Shown: positions 20,163 to 30,003 of the stretch, piece after piece
How positions within the stretch are numbered: the stretch's first letter is position 1
Layout of the letters: each line of letters starts with the position of its first letter
NCBI GenBank assembly: GCA_963834375.1
Contig: CAWIBM010000005.1
Location: 388,903-452,902 of the forward strand
Source: an uncultured Acidimicrobiia bacterium
GTDB lineage: Bacteria > Actinomycetota > Acidimicrobiia > Spongiisociales > UBA5794
Length of the DNA: 64,000 nucleotides
Direction of reading: 5' to 3'
The notes under the pieces: model-generated
The model's database searches: none
The model's input: the letters and a program-made list of their open reading frames with translations, nothing else
What the model was told of the DNA's origin: nothing
Made by a program: the position numbers and the translations under genes

Positions 20163-21557
20163 TCAGGTCACCTGCTCCCCGTCTTCGTCGGTGCCGGCCT
20201 CCGGCTCGTCGACGTGCTCGGCGGCCGCATCGGCGACGTCGTCGTCGACCGGCTCGGCGCTTCGGCCACGGCTCGACCACGGTCTCCTCGTCCGGCTCGG
20301 TCACCTCGGCCACCGGCTCTCGGCCACGGCGTCCTCGGCGGTCTCGGCGACCGGCTCTTCGGCCACCGTGACCGCGGCTCGACCGGCTCAGCGGCAGCCG
20401 GTTCGGCACGGCCTCGTCGGCGCGGCACCTCGACAACCGGTTCGGCGACGGCAACTTCGGCGACCGGCTCGTCGGCCACCACCTCGGCGGCCGTCGGTTC
20501 GTCAGGTGCCCGCCGGTAGGACTCGACAACCGGCCCATCGGCGGCCGCCTCGGTCACGACGCACCGGCCTCGGTGAGGACCTCCTCGGCGGCGGCCTCTC
20601 GGCGATCGAGTCATCGGCGACGCCGCGCCCTCGACCGGGACCGCGGCGTCGGCGGTCTCTTCCTGACGGGCCTGGTCGAACTCGGCGGCGGCATCGCTGG
20701 TGGTCAGCTTCGCCCGCCTCCGGCCTCGATCAGGCGACGCCCGGGCCGCTTGCCGCCCCCGGCCTCGACCACCCGCTGGCCGCCGCCCGCCTCGATGAGG
20801 CGACGACCGCCGGCCTCTCCGGCGGCGGCCTCGGCACGGGACTTCGCGGAGCGGGTGCGCCCGGACGGCCCGCCGGCGGCGAGCCTGGCCTCGGCGGCGA
20901 TCTTCTCCCGGCTGTCGACGGTCGGTGCGCAGCACGTCGCCCTTGTAGACCCACACCTGGACCCCGATGGACGCCCACCGTCGTGGTGGCGGCTGTGGCC
21001 CTGCCGAAGTCGATGTCGGCACGCAGCGTGTGCAGCGGGACCCGACCCTCGAGGTACCACTCGCGCCGGCCCATGTCGGCGCCACCGAGACGACCCGAGG
21101 CCTGGACCCGGACACCCTCGGCGCCGGCCTTGAGGGCGGTGGCGACGGCCCGCTTCATCGCCCGGCGGAAGGCGACCCGGCCCTCCAGCTGGTCGGCGAC
21201 GCTCCGAGCGAGCAGGGTGGCGTCCAGCTCGGCGTTCTGCACCTCGATGACATTGAACTTGACCTGGCGGTTGGTGAGCCTCTCCAGACCGGAGCGGAGC
21301 CGCTCGGCCTCCGACCCGCCGCGGCCGATCACCACGCCGGGACGTGCGGTGTGCACGTCGACCTGCACCTTGGCGTTGCCGATGCGCTCGATGTCGATGC
21401 GTGCCAGCGCGCCACGCTTCAGCTCCCGGCGCAGGTAACTCCGGATCTGATGGTCCTGGTTGACGTTCGAGGCGTAGTCCTTGTCGGAGTACCACCGCGA
21501 CTTCCAGTCGGTGACGATCCCGAGCCGGAGGCCGTAGGGGTGGATCTTCTGTCCCAT
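20163..21557 (-). CDS. rpsC: 30S ribosomal protein S3 with a roughly 190-aa low-complexity C-terminal extension; frame-disrupted
   Basis: Core: MGQKIHPYGLRLGIVTDWKSRWYSDKDYASNVNQDHQIRSYLRRELKRGALARIDIERIGNAKVQVDVHTARPGVVIGRGGSEAERL...RADIDFG...GVQVWVYKGDVL. High-GC3 coding then continues with no gene break through RRLIEAGGG repeats and an EPVAE-rich acidic tail ending ...AEPVDDDVADAAAEHVDEPEAGTDEDGEQVT* at TGA 20163-20165. Confidence 0.85.
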
Positions 21558-21558
21558 C

Positions 21559-21901
21559 TCAGTCCTCCTCTCGGTCGCCGACGACGATGGTGATGTGGCT
21601 GGTGCGCTTGCGGATGCGGTTGGCCCGACCGCGGGCCTTGGGGCGCCACCGCTTCAGGGTGGGCCCCTCGTCGGCGAACGCCTCGGTGACGAACAGGTCC
21701 TCGGTGTCCATCGCCAGGTTGTGCTCGGCGTTGGCGACGGCCGAGTCGAGCACCTTCAGCACCGGGTCGGTGGCCCGCCGGTTGGTCAGGGTGAGCACAT
21801 CGCGGGCGTCGGCCACGGGCAGCCCGCGCACGAGGTCGAGCACCCGCCGCACCTTGTACGGCGACTGCCTGATGTACTTCGCCTGGGCCGCGTGTGTTCA
21901 T
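21559..21901 (-). CDS. rplV: 50S ribosomal protein L22, one frame switch near the start
   Basis: MNTR then [113 protein letters not shown] overlap with rpsS. Confidence 0.92.
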
Positions 21902-22176
21902 CGCCGCCTCGCCGCCTTCTCGCCGGAGTGGCCGCGGAACGTCCGCGTGGGGGCGAACTCGCCGAGCTTGTGGCCGACCATCGACTCGCTGACGTACACC
22001 GGGACGTGCTTGCGGCCGTCGTGGACCGCGATGGTGTGGCCCACCATCTCGGGGACGATCGTGGAGCGCCGGCTCCAGGTGCGGATGACCCGCTTCTCGC
22101 CCTGGTCGTTGGCGGTCTCCACCTTGCGCAGCAGGTGCTCGTCGACGAAGGGGCCCTTCTTGAGGCTTCTCGTCAT
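21898..22176 (-). CDS. rpsS: 30S ribosomal protein S19 (intact)
   Basis: [92 protein letters not shown]. Confidence 0.95.
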   Translation of the reverse strand: MTRSLKKGPFVDEHLLRKVETANDQGEKRVIRTWSRRSTIVPEMVGHTIAVHDGRKHVPVYVSESMVGHKLGEFAPTRTFRGHSGEKAARRR

Positions 22177-22188
22177 CGCTTACCTCGA

Positions 22189-23029
22189 TCATCGGTCACC
22201 TCGGCCCTTCTTCGCCCGGCGACGGACGATGTACTTGTCGCTCGCCTTGTTCTTGCGCCGGGTACGACCCTCCGGCTTGCCCCACGGGCTCACCGGGTGG
22301 CGGCCGCCCGAGCTGCGTCCCTCACCACCGCCGAGCGGGTGGTCGACCGGGTTCATGGCGACGCCACGGCTCTGCGGGCGCTTGCCCTTCCAGCGGCTCC
22401 GCCCCGCCTTGCCGATCTTGATCAGCTCGGACTCGGTGTTGCCGACCTGGCCGACGGTGGCCCGGCAGTCGAGCTCCACCTGCCGCATCTCACCCGAAGG
22501 GAGGCGGAGCAGGGCGACGCTGCCCTCCTTCGACATCAGCTGGATGGCGGTGCCGGCGGCGCGGCCCATCTTGGCGCCGCCCCCGGGCCGCAGCTCCACG
22601 TTGTGGACCACCGTGCCGGTGGGGATGTTGCGCAGCGGCAGGGCGTTGCCGGGCCGGATCTCGGCGCCCGACCCCGACTCGAGCATGTCGCCGACCTTCA
22701 CCCCGATCGGGGCGATGATGTAGCGCTTCTCCCCGTCGACGTAGTGGAGCAGGGCGATGCGGGCGTTCCGGTTCGGGTCGTACTCGATGGTGGCGACCCT
22801 GGCGGGAACCCCGTCCTTGTTGCGGCGGAAGTCGATCGATCCGATACCGCTTCTTGTGACCACCGCCACGGTGGCGGGAGGTGATGCGCCCGTGGGTGTT
22901 GCGACCGGACGACCGGTTCTGCTTGTCGAGCAGCGACTTCTCCGGCTGGTCGGTGGTCACCGCGGCGAAGTCGGACACGGTCTGGAATCGGCGACCGGGC
23001 GAGGTGGGCTTGAGCTTTCTCACGGCCAT
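22189..23029 (-). CDS. rplB: 50S ribosomal protein L2, one frame switch near 22855
   Basis: [63 protein letters not shown] joins [43 protein letters not shown]...[33 protein letters not shown]... Confidence 0.94.
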
Positions 23030-23033
23030 GGCG

Positions 23034-23323
23034 TCACACCTCGAAGATGTCGATGGACTCGCCGTCGGCGAGCTTGACCAGGGCGCGCTTGGTGTCGGAG
23101 CGCTTGCCGACCTTGAAGCCGGTGCGCTTGCGTTTGCCCTTGCGGTTGATGGTGTTGACCGCAAGCACCTTCACCCCGAAGATCTTCTCGATCGGCCTGG
23201 CGGATCTCGGTCTTGTTGGTGCGGCGGTCGACCTCGAACGTGTACGTGTTGGACCGACTCGATGAGGTCGTACGACTTCTCCGAGACCACCGGCTGCAGG
23301 ATGATGTCGCGCGGGTTCTTCAT
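23034..23323 (-). CDS. rplW: 50S ribosomal protein L23, frame-disrupted
   Basis: [23 protein letters not shown] then [70 protein letters not shown] in another frame. Length is 290 nt (3n+2). Confidence 0.9.
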
Positions 23324-24039
23324 GCGCTCGTCACCACCGGTCGAGGTCGTCCCTCGGCACGGTCGGCGCGGCCGGAGCGGACCGCCTCGGCGTGGGCCTC
23401 GGTGCCCCGCGGGGCCGACTGGCCGAGTGCCAGCGTCCCCCGGCTCATCACGATCGTGTCGGCCCACAGGACGTCGTAGGTGTTGGCCTGCCCCAGGTTG
23501 GAGGCGATGACGGTGGCCAGGTTGCGGAACGACTTGATCGCCACCTTCTCGTGGTCCTCGGCGATCAGCAGCACCTTGCCCTCGACCCCCATGGCCTCGA
23601 GCAGGGCGATGGCGCTCTTGGTGCGTGGCTTCTCCCAGACGTCGAAGGTCTCCACCACCTTGATCGTGCCGGTGGCGGCGCGGGTCGACAGCGCGCTGCG
23701 CAGGGCGAGCCGCCGCATCTTCTTCGGGGTGCGCTGGGAGTAGTCGCGGGGCTTGGGCCCGTGGGCGACGCCGCCGCCGATCCACTGCGGGGAGCGGATC
23801 GAGCCGTGGCGGGCCCGGCCGAGGCCCTTCTGGCGCCACGGCTTCCTACCACCGCCGCGCACCTCGCCGCTCGTCTTGGTCGAGTGGGTCCCGGCGCGGG
23901 CGGCGGCGAGCTGGGCGGTCACCACCTGGTGCATCACCGACACGTTCGGCTCGATGCCGAAGATCTCCGCGGCGAGCTCGACCTCACCCTGGCGTTCGCC
24001 TCCGGCGGTCCACAGCTCTGCGGTCGAGCTCTCAGGCAT
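23320..24039 (-). CDS. rplD: 50S ribosomal protein L4 (intact)
   Basis: [113 protein letters not shown]... ATGA overlap with rplW. Confidence 0.95.
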   Translation of the reverse strand: MPESSTAELWTAGGERQGEVELAAEIFGIEPNVSVMHQVVTAQLAAARAGTHSTKTSGEVRGGGRKPWRQKGLGRARHGSIRSPQWIGGGVAHGPKPRDYSQRTPKKMRRLALRSALSTRAATGTIKVVETFDVWEKPRTKSAIALLEAMGVEGKVLLIAEDHEKVAIKSFRNLATVIASNLGQANTYDVLWADTIVMSRGTLALGQSAPRGTEAHAEAVRSGRADRAEGRPRPVVTSA

Positions 24040-24668
24040 GGGCCTTCACCGCCTCGCGGATCACCAGGACGGCGCCTTTGGGCCCGGGCACGGCGCCCCT
24101 GACCATGAGGAGGTCACGCTCGGCGTCCACCTCGACGACCTCGAGGTTCAGCACCGTTGTGGTGTCGTTGCCCATGCGGCCGGGGAGGCGCTTCCCTTGA
24201 AAACCCTGGCGGGGGTGGCGCAGGCGCCCAGCGAGCCGGGGCCCGATGCACCCTGTGGGCGCCGTGGGAGGCGCCCTGGCCCTGGAAGTTGTGTCGCTTC
24301 ATCACACCGGCGAAGCCCTTGCCCTTGGAGATCCCGGTGACATCGGCCTTCATGCCGGCGGCGAACAGGTCGGCGACCCCGATCCGCTGGCCGATCTTGA
24401 ACTCGGACACGTCGTCCACCCGCACCTCGACCAGGTGCTTGGTGGGGGTGACGTTGGCCCTGGCGAAGTGGCCGGCCTGGGGGCGGTTGACCTGCTTGGC
24501 CTTCATCTCCTTGAAGGCGACCTGGATGGCCGAGTAGCCGTCGCGCGCCTCGGTCTTGATCTGGGCGACGTGGACCGGGCCCGCCTTGATGACCGTGACC
24601 GGGACCACCCGCGACTGGTCGTCGAACACCTGGGTCATGCCCAACTTCTCGCCGAGGATCGCCTTCAT
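24032..24668 (-). CDS. rplC: 50S ribosomal protein L3, frame-disrupted near 24235
   Basis: [75 protein letters not shown]...[29 protein letters not shown], then [68 protein letters not shown]. Confidence 0.93.
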
Positions 24669-24976
24669 GTCTTGATCTCGACTTCCACCCCGGCGGGCAG
24701 GTCGAGGCGCATCAGGGCGTCGACCGTCTTCGGGGTCGGGTCGATGATGTCGATGAGCCGCTTGTGGATCCGCATCTCGAAGTGCTCGCGGCTGGTCTTG
24801 TCGACGTGCGGGCCGCGGATGACCGTGTAACGGTGGATGCGGGTCGGCAAGGGGACCGGGCCGCGGATCCTCGCCTGGGTGCGGACCACGGTCTCGGCGA
24901 TCTTGCGCGCCGACTCGTCGACCACCGAATGGTCGTACGCCTTGAGGCGGATTCGGATCCGGGGCTCGTTGGCCAC
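24665..24976 (-). CDS. rpsJ: 30S ribosomal protein S10 (intact, GTG start)
   Basis: (V)[107 protein letters not shown] lies upstream of GTG 24974-24976. Confidence 0.95.
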   Translation of the reverse strand: MANEPRIRIRLKAYDHSVVDESARKIAETVVRTQARIRGPVPLPTRIHRYTVIRGPHVDKTSREHFEMRIHKRLIDIIDPTPKTVDALMRLDLPAGVEVEIKT

Positions 24977-25189
24977 AGGCGGGTTCCTGTCTCTCTGGAC
25001 CCGTCGTGGTACTTCGCCGTGCAGCGCCAGCGGGCGTCCCGGGCGGGACGGCGGCTGACCACCGGGCGAGCGGTACCGCGTGGGGTACATCACGGGTTTG
25101 GTCGGGGCCGAGCGGAACGGACCGGGCGGCCGAATGGACGTTTGCGGTGAGGACCAGCGCGCAAGCCGGGGGGCCTGCGGCCGTACCGA

Positions 25190-25220
25190 GTGTAGCGGCG
25201 GACCGTTTCCCACGGCAAAC
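25190..25220 (-). promoter_or_regulatory. Candidate S10-operon promoter: TTTGCC-(18/19 nt)-TACACT
   Basis: Minus strand reads gagTTTGCCgtgggaaacggtccgccgcTACACTcgg, about 215 nt upstream of the rpsJ GTG. The -35 hexamer is the same as in the rpmJ candidate. Confidence 0.35.
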
Positions 25221-25285
25221 TCGCGTTATTCCCGTCGGCCGAGGCCCTCGTCTGCCGATCTGGCCTTCGGGCCGTGCCGCAGCCA

Positions 25286-25303
25286 CTCCCCCCGGAGGGG
25301 GAG
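25286..25303 (-). terminator. Hairpin directly after the fusA stop (CTCCCCC-CGGA-GGGGGAG); a second GGCC-TTCG-GGCC hairpin lies at 25263-25274
   Basis: 7-bp G/C stem with a 4-nt loop, 11 nt downstream of the fusA TAG (25314-25316). No U-tract follows. Confidence 0.5.
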
Positions 25304-25313
25304 GAGAAAGTCT

Positions 25314-27403
25314 CTATTCGCCGCGGGACTTGGCGACGATCTCCTCGGCGGTGCTGGTGGGCACCTCCTGGTAGGAGTGGAACTGCATGGTGTAGGTGGC
25401 CCGACCCTGGGTGCGTGACCGGACGTCGGTTGCGTAGCCGAACATCTCGGCCAGCGGGGTGAGCGCCTTCACCACCCGACTGTTGCCCCGGCTGTCCATG
25501 GACTCGATCTTTCCCCGTCGGGACGACAGGTCACCGATCACGTCGCCCATGTAGTCCTCGGGGGTCACCACCTCGACCTCCATGATCGGCTCGAGCAGCT
25601 TCACGCCGGCCGCCTTGGCGGCGGCCTGGAGGGCCATGGACCCGGCGATGCGGAACGCCATCTCGTTGGAGTCGACGCTGTGCGACGACCCGTCGACCAG
25701 CGTGGCCCGCAGGTCGACCAGCGGGTAACCGGCCAGCACGCCGCCGTCGAGGGCGTCCCGCATGCCCTTCTCCACCGCAGGGATGAACTCGCGGGGGACG
25801 TTGCCCCCCCTGACCGAGTCGACGAAGGTGAACCCCGAGCCGGCCTCGGTCGGCTCGAGGTCGACCACCACGTGGGCGAACATGCCCGATCCGCCCGTCT
25901 GGCGCTTGAGCCTGCCCTCGATCTTGCGAACGTGCCGCTTCACCGTCTCCCGGTAGGCGACCTGGGGGCGGCCCGACGTTGGCGTCGACCTTGAACTCGC
26001 GCAGCAGCCGGTCGACGATGATCTCGAGGTGGAGCTCGCCCATCCCCTCGATGATCGTCTGCCCGGTCTCCTCGTCCGAGTGGACGCGGAAGGTCGGGTC
26101 CTCCTCGGACAGCCGTGCCAGCGCCTCCCCGAGCTTGTCCTGGTCGGTCTTGGTCCTGGGCTCGATGGCGACGGCGATCACCGGGTCGGGGAAGCTCATC
26201 GACTCCAGCTGGATCGGCTGGTCGGTGGCGGCGAGGGTGTCGCCGGTCTTGGTGTTCTTCAAGCCCGACGGCGGCGACGATGTCGCCGGTCATCACCTCG
26301 TCGATGTCCTCCTGGGTGGAGGCATGCATGCGGAGCAGCCGGCCGAAGCGCTCCTTCTTCCCGGTGGTGGTGTTGACCACGGCGTCGCCCTTGGACGCCT
26401 TGCCCGAGTACACCCGGAAGTAGGTGAGCTTGCCCACGTACGGGTCGCTCATGATCTTGAAGGCGAGGGCGCTGAACGGCGTCGTCGTCGCTGGGGGCAC
26501 GCTCCTCGAGCTGGGTCTCGGCGCCCGGCCGGAAGCCCTGCACCGCGGGCAGGTCGGCGGGGCTGGGCAGGTAGTGGACGATGGCGTCGAGCAGAGGCTG
26601 GACGCCCTTGTTCTTGAACGCCGAGCCGCACAGCACCGGGACGAAGTCGCGGTTGATGGTGCCCTTGCGGATGACGCGGCGGATCTCGTCGGGGACCAGG
26701 TCGCCGTCCTCGAGGTACTTCTCGAGCAGCTCCTCGTCCTCGGAGGCGACCACGTCGAGCATCTTGTGGCGCCACTCGTCGGCGAGTCCCTAGGAAGTCG
26801 TCGGGGATGTCGACGACCTCGCGCTGCTTGCCCTCCTCGTCGTGCCAGATGATCGCCTTCATGTCGACGAGGTCGATCATCCCGTTGAAGCTCGACTCGG
26901 CGCCCATCGGCACGTGCAGTGCCACCGGGTTGCCCCCGAGCCGCTCGACGATCGAGTCGATCGAGCTGGAAGAAGTCGGCGCCGACCCGATCCATCTTGT
27001 TGATGAAGACGATCCGGGGCACCCCGTACTTGTCGGCCTGGCGCCACACCGTCTCCGACTGCGGCTCGACCCCGGAGACGGCGTCGAACACCGCCACCGC
27101 CCCGTCGAGGACCCGCAGCGACCGCTCCACCTCGACGGTGAAGTCGACGTGGCCCGGGGTGTCGATGATGTTGATGGTGTGGTCGAGCCAGCGGGTGGTG
27201 GTCGCCGCCGAGGTGATGGTGATCCCCCGCTCCTGCTCCTGCTCCATCCAGTCCATGACGGCAGCGCCCTCGTGGACCTCGCCCATCTTGTAGGTGCGGC
27301 CGGTGTAGTAGAGGATCCGCTCGGTCGTGGTGGTCTTGCCCGCGTCGATGTGGGCCATGATCCCGATGTTGCGGATCGTGTCGAGCTTGATGCTTCGTGC
27401 CAT
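25314..27403 (-). CDS. fusA: Elongation factor G, at least 5 frame switches
   Basis: [103 protein letters not shown]..., then fragments [98 protein letters not shown] and [30 protein letters not shown]... in ORFs 26449-26925, 26259-26762, 25940-27466, 25531-26262 and 25314-25943. Confidence 0.95.
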
Positions 27404-27462
27404 GTCGTTCGCTACCAGTGTCTTCGTCGCCGGTGGATGTTCGATGTCGGGTGGCGGCGCGG

Positions 27463-27932
27463 TCACCAGCGGTAGTGGGCGAAGGCCTTGTTCGACTCGG
27501 CCATCTTGTGGATGTCCTCGCGCCGCTTGACGGCGGCGCCGCCGCGGTTGGCGGCGTCGAGGATCTCGTTGGCGAGACGCTCGGCCATGGTGGGCTCGCG
27601 GCGCTTACGGGCGAACTCGACCAGCCAGCGCACGGCGAGGGTCTGGGCGCGCCGGGGGCGCACCTCCACCGGGACCTGGTACGAGGAGCCGCCGACCCGT
27701 CGAGAGCGCACCTCGAGCTGGGGGCGGATGTTGTCGATCGCCTTCTTGAGGGTGGCCAGCGGGTCGCCGCCGGTGCGGTTGTCGACGATCTCGAGGGCGC
27801 CGTACACGATACGGCGGCGCGGCGCCCTTCTTGCCCCGCCACAGCACCTTGTTGATCACCTGGGTGACCAGGACGCTGCGGTAGACGGGATCCGGTTCGA
27901 GTTTTCTTGACTTCGGCGGGTGCTCTGCGCAT
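27463..27932 (-). CDS. rpsG: 30S ribosomal protein S7, frame-disrupted near the N-terminus
   Basis: ATG 27930-27932 gives MRRAPAE; then [26 protein letters not shown]; then [70 protein letters not shown]...[15 protein letters not shown]. Confidence 0.92.
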
Positions 27933-27947
27933 TTCTCGCTCTCTTCC

Positions 27948-28316
27948 TCAGGCCTTCTTGGCGCCGTAGCGGGAGCGGGACTGCTTGCGCTGGTCGACGC
28001 CGGCGGCGTCGAGGGCGCCCCTGATGACCTTGTAGCGGACACCAGGCAGGTCGCGCACCCGGCCCCCGCGGACGAGGACGATCGAGTGCTCCTGCAGGTT
28101 GTGCCCCTCACCGGGGATGTAGGCGGTCACCTCGATCTGCGAGCTGAGCCGCACTCTCGCCACCTTGCGCAGCGCCGAGTTGGGCTTCTTCGGGGTGATG
28201 GTGAACACGCGGGTGCACACCCCGCGGCGCTGCGGCGACCCGGCCAGGGCCAGGGTCTTGGTCTTCTTCCGCTTGGGGCTCCGGCCCTTGCGGACCAGCT
28301 GCTCAACGGTCGGCAC
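27948..28316 (-). CDS. rpsL: 30S ribosomal protein S12 (intact, GTG start)
   Basis: (V)[106 protein letters not shown]... The ORF-track extension to 28640 is spurious. Confidence 0.95.
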   Translation of the reverse strand: MPTVEQLVRKGRSPKRKKTKTLALAGSPQRRGVCTRVFTITPKKPNSALRKVARVRLSSQIEVTAYIPGEGHNLQEHSIVLVRGGRVRDLPGVRYKVIRGALDAAGVDQRKQSRSRYGAKKA

Positions 28317-28580
28317 GCATGTTCCTCGTTTCGGCTGAGTTCTGATTGGGTGGTGACTGCGGTGCGCCCGACCCGCCGTTTCGCCGGCGAGGCGGGGTTC
28401 CCGGCCAGGCCCGGTCCGGTCCGGACATGACGAAGATCGGCGGCCGTGTCCCTTGCCCTCGTTCCGGGAGGTCGGGCGTGGCGGTCGCCGATCCCTGGTG
28501 GGTCCGCTCCGCTCACAACAGCGCCGAAACGCCTCCGGGTAAGCGGGTACTCGATCGGGAAGATCTGCGCTGCAGATATG

Positions 28581-28760
28581 ACAGTGTTTCTTGACCCGGG
28601 CCGAACCCGGCCCTCCTCCGCAAGTGGGGCCGCAACCCACCGCGGCCGTTGCTTCTGGCCCGGCCGAATTCGGCCCACCTCCGCAGATGGGGTACCCCTA
28701 CCCCACCGCGGCCGTTGCTTCTGGCCGGGCCGAATTCGGCCCTCCTTCGCAGGCGGGGAC
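28581..28760. repeat. Tandem array (about 2.5-3 copies, 66-bp period) of a structured REP-like intergenic element
   Basis: Units start at 28636 and 28702: CCCACCGCGGCCGTTGCTTCTGGCC(C/G)GGCCGAATTCGGCCC(A/T)CCT(C/T)CGCAG. A diverged copy lies at 28581-28635. Each unit carries the hairpin GGGCCG-NNNN-CGGCCC. Related copies lie at 45157-45224 and 50290-50353. Confidence 0.8.
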
Positions 28761-28816
28761 CGCGCGAACTCGGCCGCGGCCGAAGTTCCTGCCCGTCCGG
28801 TTGAGGCACTTCTAAC

Positions 28817-29996
28817 ATGCCGGCTGTTATGAGTGCCATGCCGGGGAGGAACCCCTACCGGCCAGGGGTCGGGCTGGCGCCGGTCTACCTGGCCGGTCGG
28901 AGCGGCGAGCTGCGCCGATTCCGGCCATGCTGCGTCGGCGCCCGAGATCCCGGCCAACGTGCGGGTCACCGGGTTCCGCGGGGTGGGCAAGACCGTGCTC
29001 CTCGGCGAGTACGAGATGCGTCGCCGCCGAGGAAGGGCTGGGTCACCGAGATGCTCGAGCTGGAGCATCGCCACGACGCGACCACCGAGGTGGTGGAGGC
29101 GGTGTCGGGTCTGTGCGAGCGGCTGCGACGCAGACTGTCGCGGACGGTCCGGATCAGGCGCAAGGTGGGCAAGGCGGTGGAGCAGGTCTCGAAGCTCGAG
29201 ATCGGGTTCGACGACGTGCGGCTCTCGTTCGACCCCACTGCCGACGACCACGACATCGAGCTGGCCGAGCTCGTCTACGCCACGGTCTCCGCCGCCGTCG
29301 GCCACGGCCGCCACGGGGTGATCCTCATGTTCGACGAGGCCCAGGTGCTGGAGAACCCGGCCTCGCTCTCGGTCCTGGTGGCGGCGGTGGCGGCGCTGCA
29401 ACGCAACGCGGTGCCGGTCGGGTTGGTGCTGTGCGGCCTCCCCAGCCTGGCCGCCCGCCTCCTCCGTGCCCGCACGTACACCGAGCGGATGTTCCGCGGC
29501 GAGAACGTCGGGTCGCTCGACCCGACGCCGCCCGCCAGGCGTTGATCCGCCCGCTGGACGGCACCGGGGTGACCATCGCCGACGACCTGGTCGACGCCGT
29601 CATCGGGCGGATCGGTGGCTACCCGTACTTCGTGCAGCTGTGGGGCGCCGAGCTGTGGGACGCCGCCGACCAGGCGGACGTCCAGCACCTCTCGCTCGAC
29701 CTCCTCCAGCGTGGTCGAGCCGGACATCACCCGCCGGCTCGACACCGACTTCTACGAGCCCCGGGTGCGGTTGCTCACCCCGGCCGAGCAGGACGTGCTC
29801 ATCGTCACCGGTATCGTGCCCCTACCCACCGATCATCGTCGCCGACGTGATCACCGCCAGCCCCAAGACGACCGGCAACATCAACGTCCTGATGGGCCGC
29901 ATCGCCGCCGCCGGCGTCATGTACCGGGTGCGCCGGGGCGAGTACGAGTACACCGCCCCCGGTTTCCACGAGTTCCTGAGGAGGCGGGCCCGCTGA
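28817..29996 (+). CDS. AAA-type ATP-binding protein (Walker A GFRGVGKTVLL) with a C-terminal winged-helix-like end; frame-disrupted
   Basis: NPYRPGVGLAPVYLAGRSGELRRF / APEIPANVRVTGFRGVGKTVLLGEYE / WVTEMLELEHRHDATTEVVEAV...HGVILMFDEAQVLENPASLSVLVAAVAALQRNAVPVGLVLCGLPSL / ALIRPLDGTGVTIADDLVDAVIGRIGGYPYFVQLWGAELW / ...NINVLMGRIAAAGVMYRVRRGEYEYTAPGFHEFLRRRAR*. Confidence 0.75.
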
Positions 29997-30003
29997 CCCG
30001 AGG

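Noticed and set aside
19210-21438. A 742-aa plus-strand ORF (similar cases at 13315-15099, 40337-41911, 43563-44993 and 3718-5085)
   Set aside because: These are antisense to ribosomal-protein, secY or nusG genes whose products are unmistakable. Their composition is Arg/Pro/Gly-rich. They are shadow ORFs.
24977-25285. A specific S10-leader (L4 attenuator) RNA call
   Set aside because: The spacer has plausible hairpins and a promoter candidate, but I cannot match it to a known leader structure by eye. I report only the promoter and terminator candidates.
28581-28760. Whether the 66-bp tandem repeats are a CRISPR array
   Set aside because: There are only 2-3 directly abutting copies, with no unique spacers and no cas genes in the window. 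The units are internally palindromic, like REP elements.
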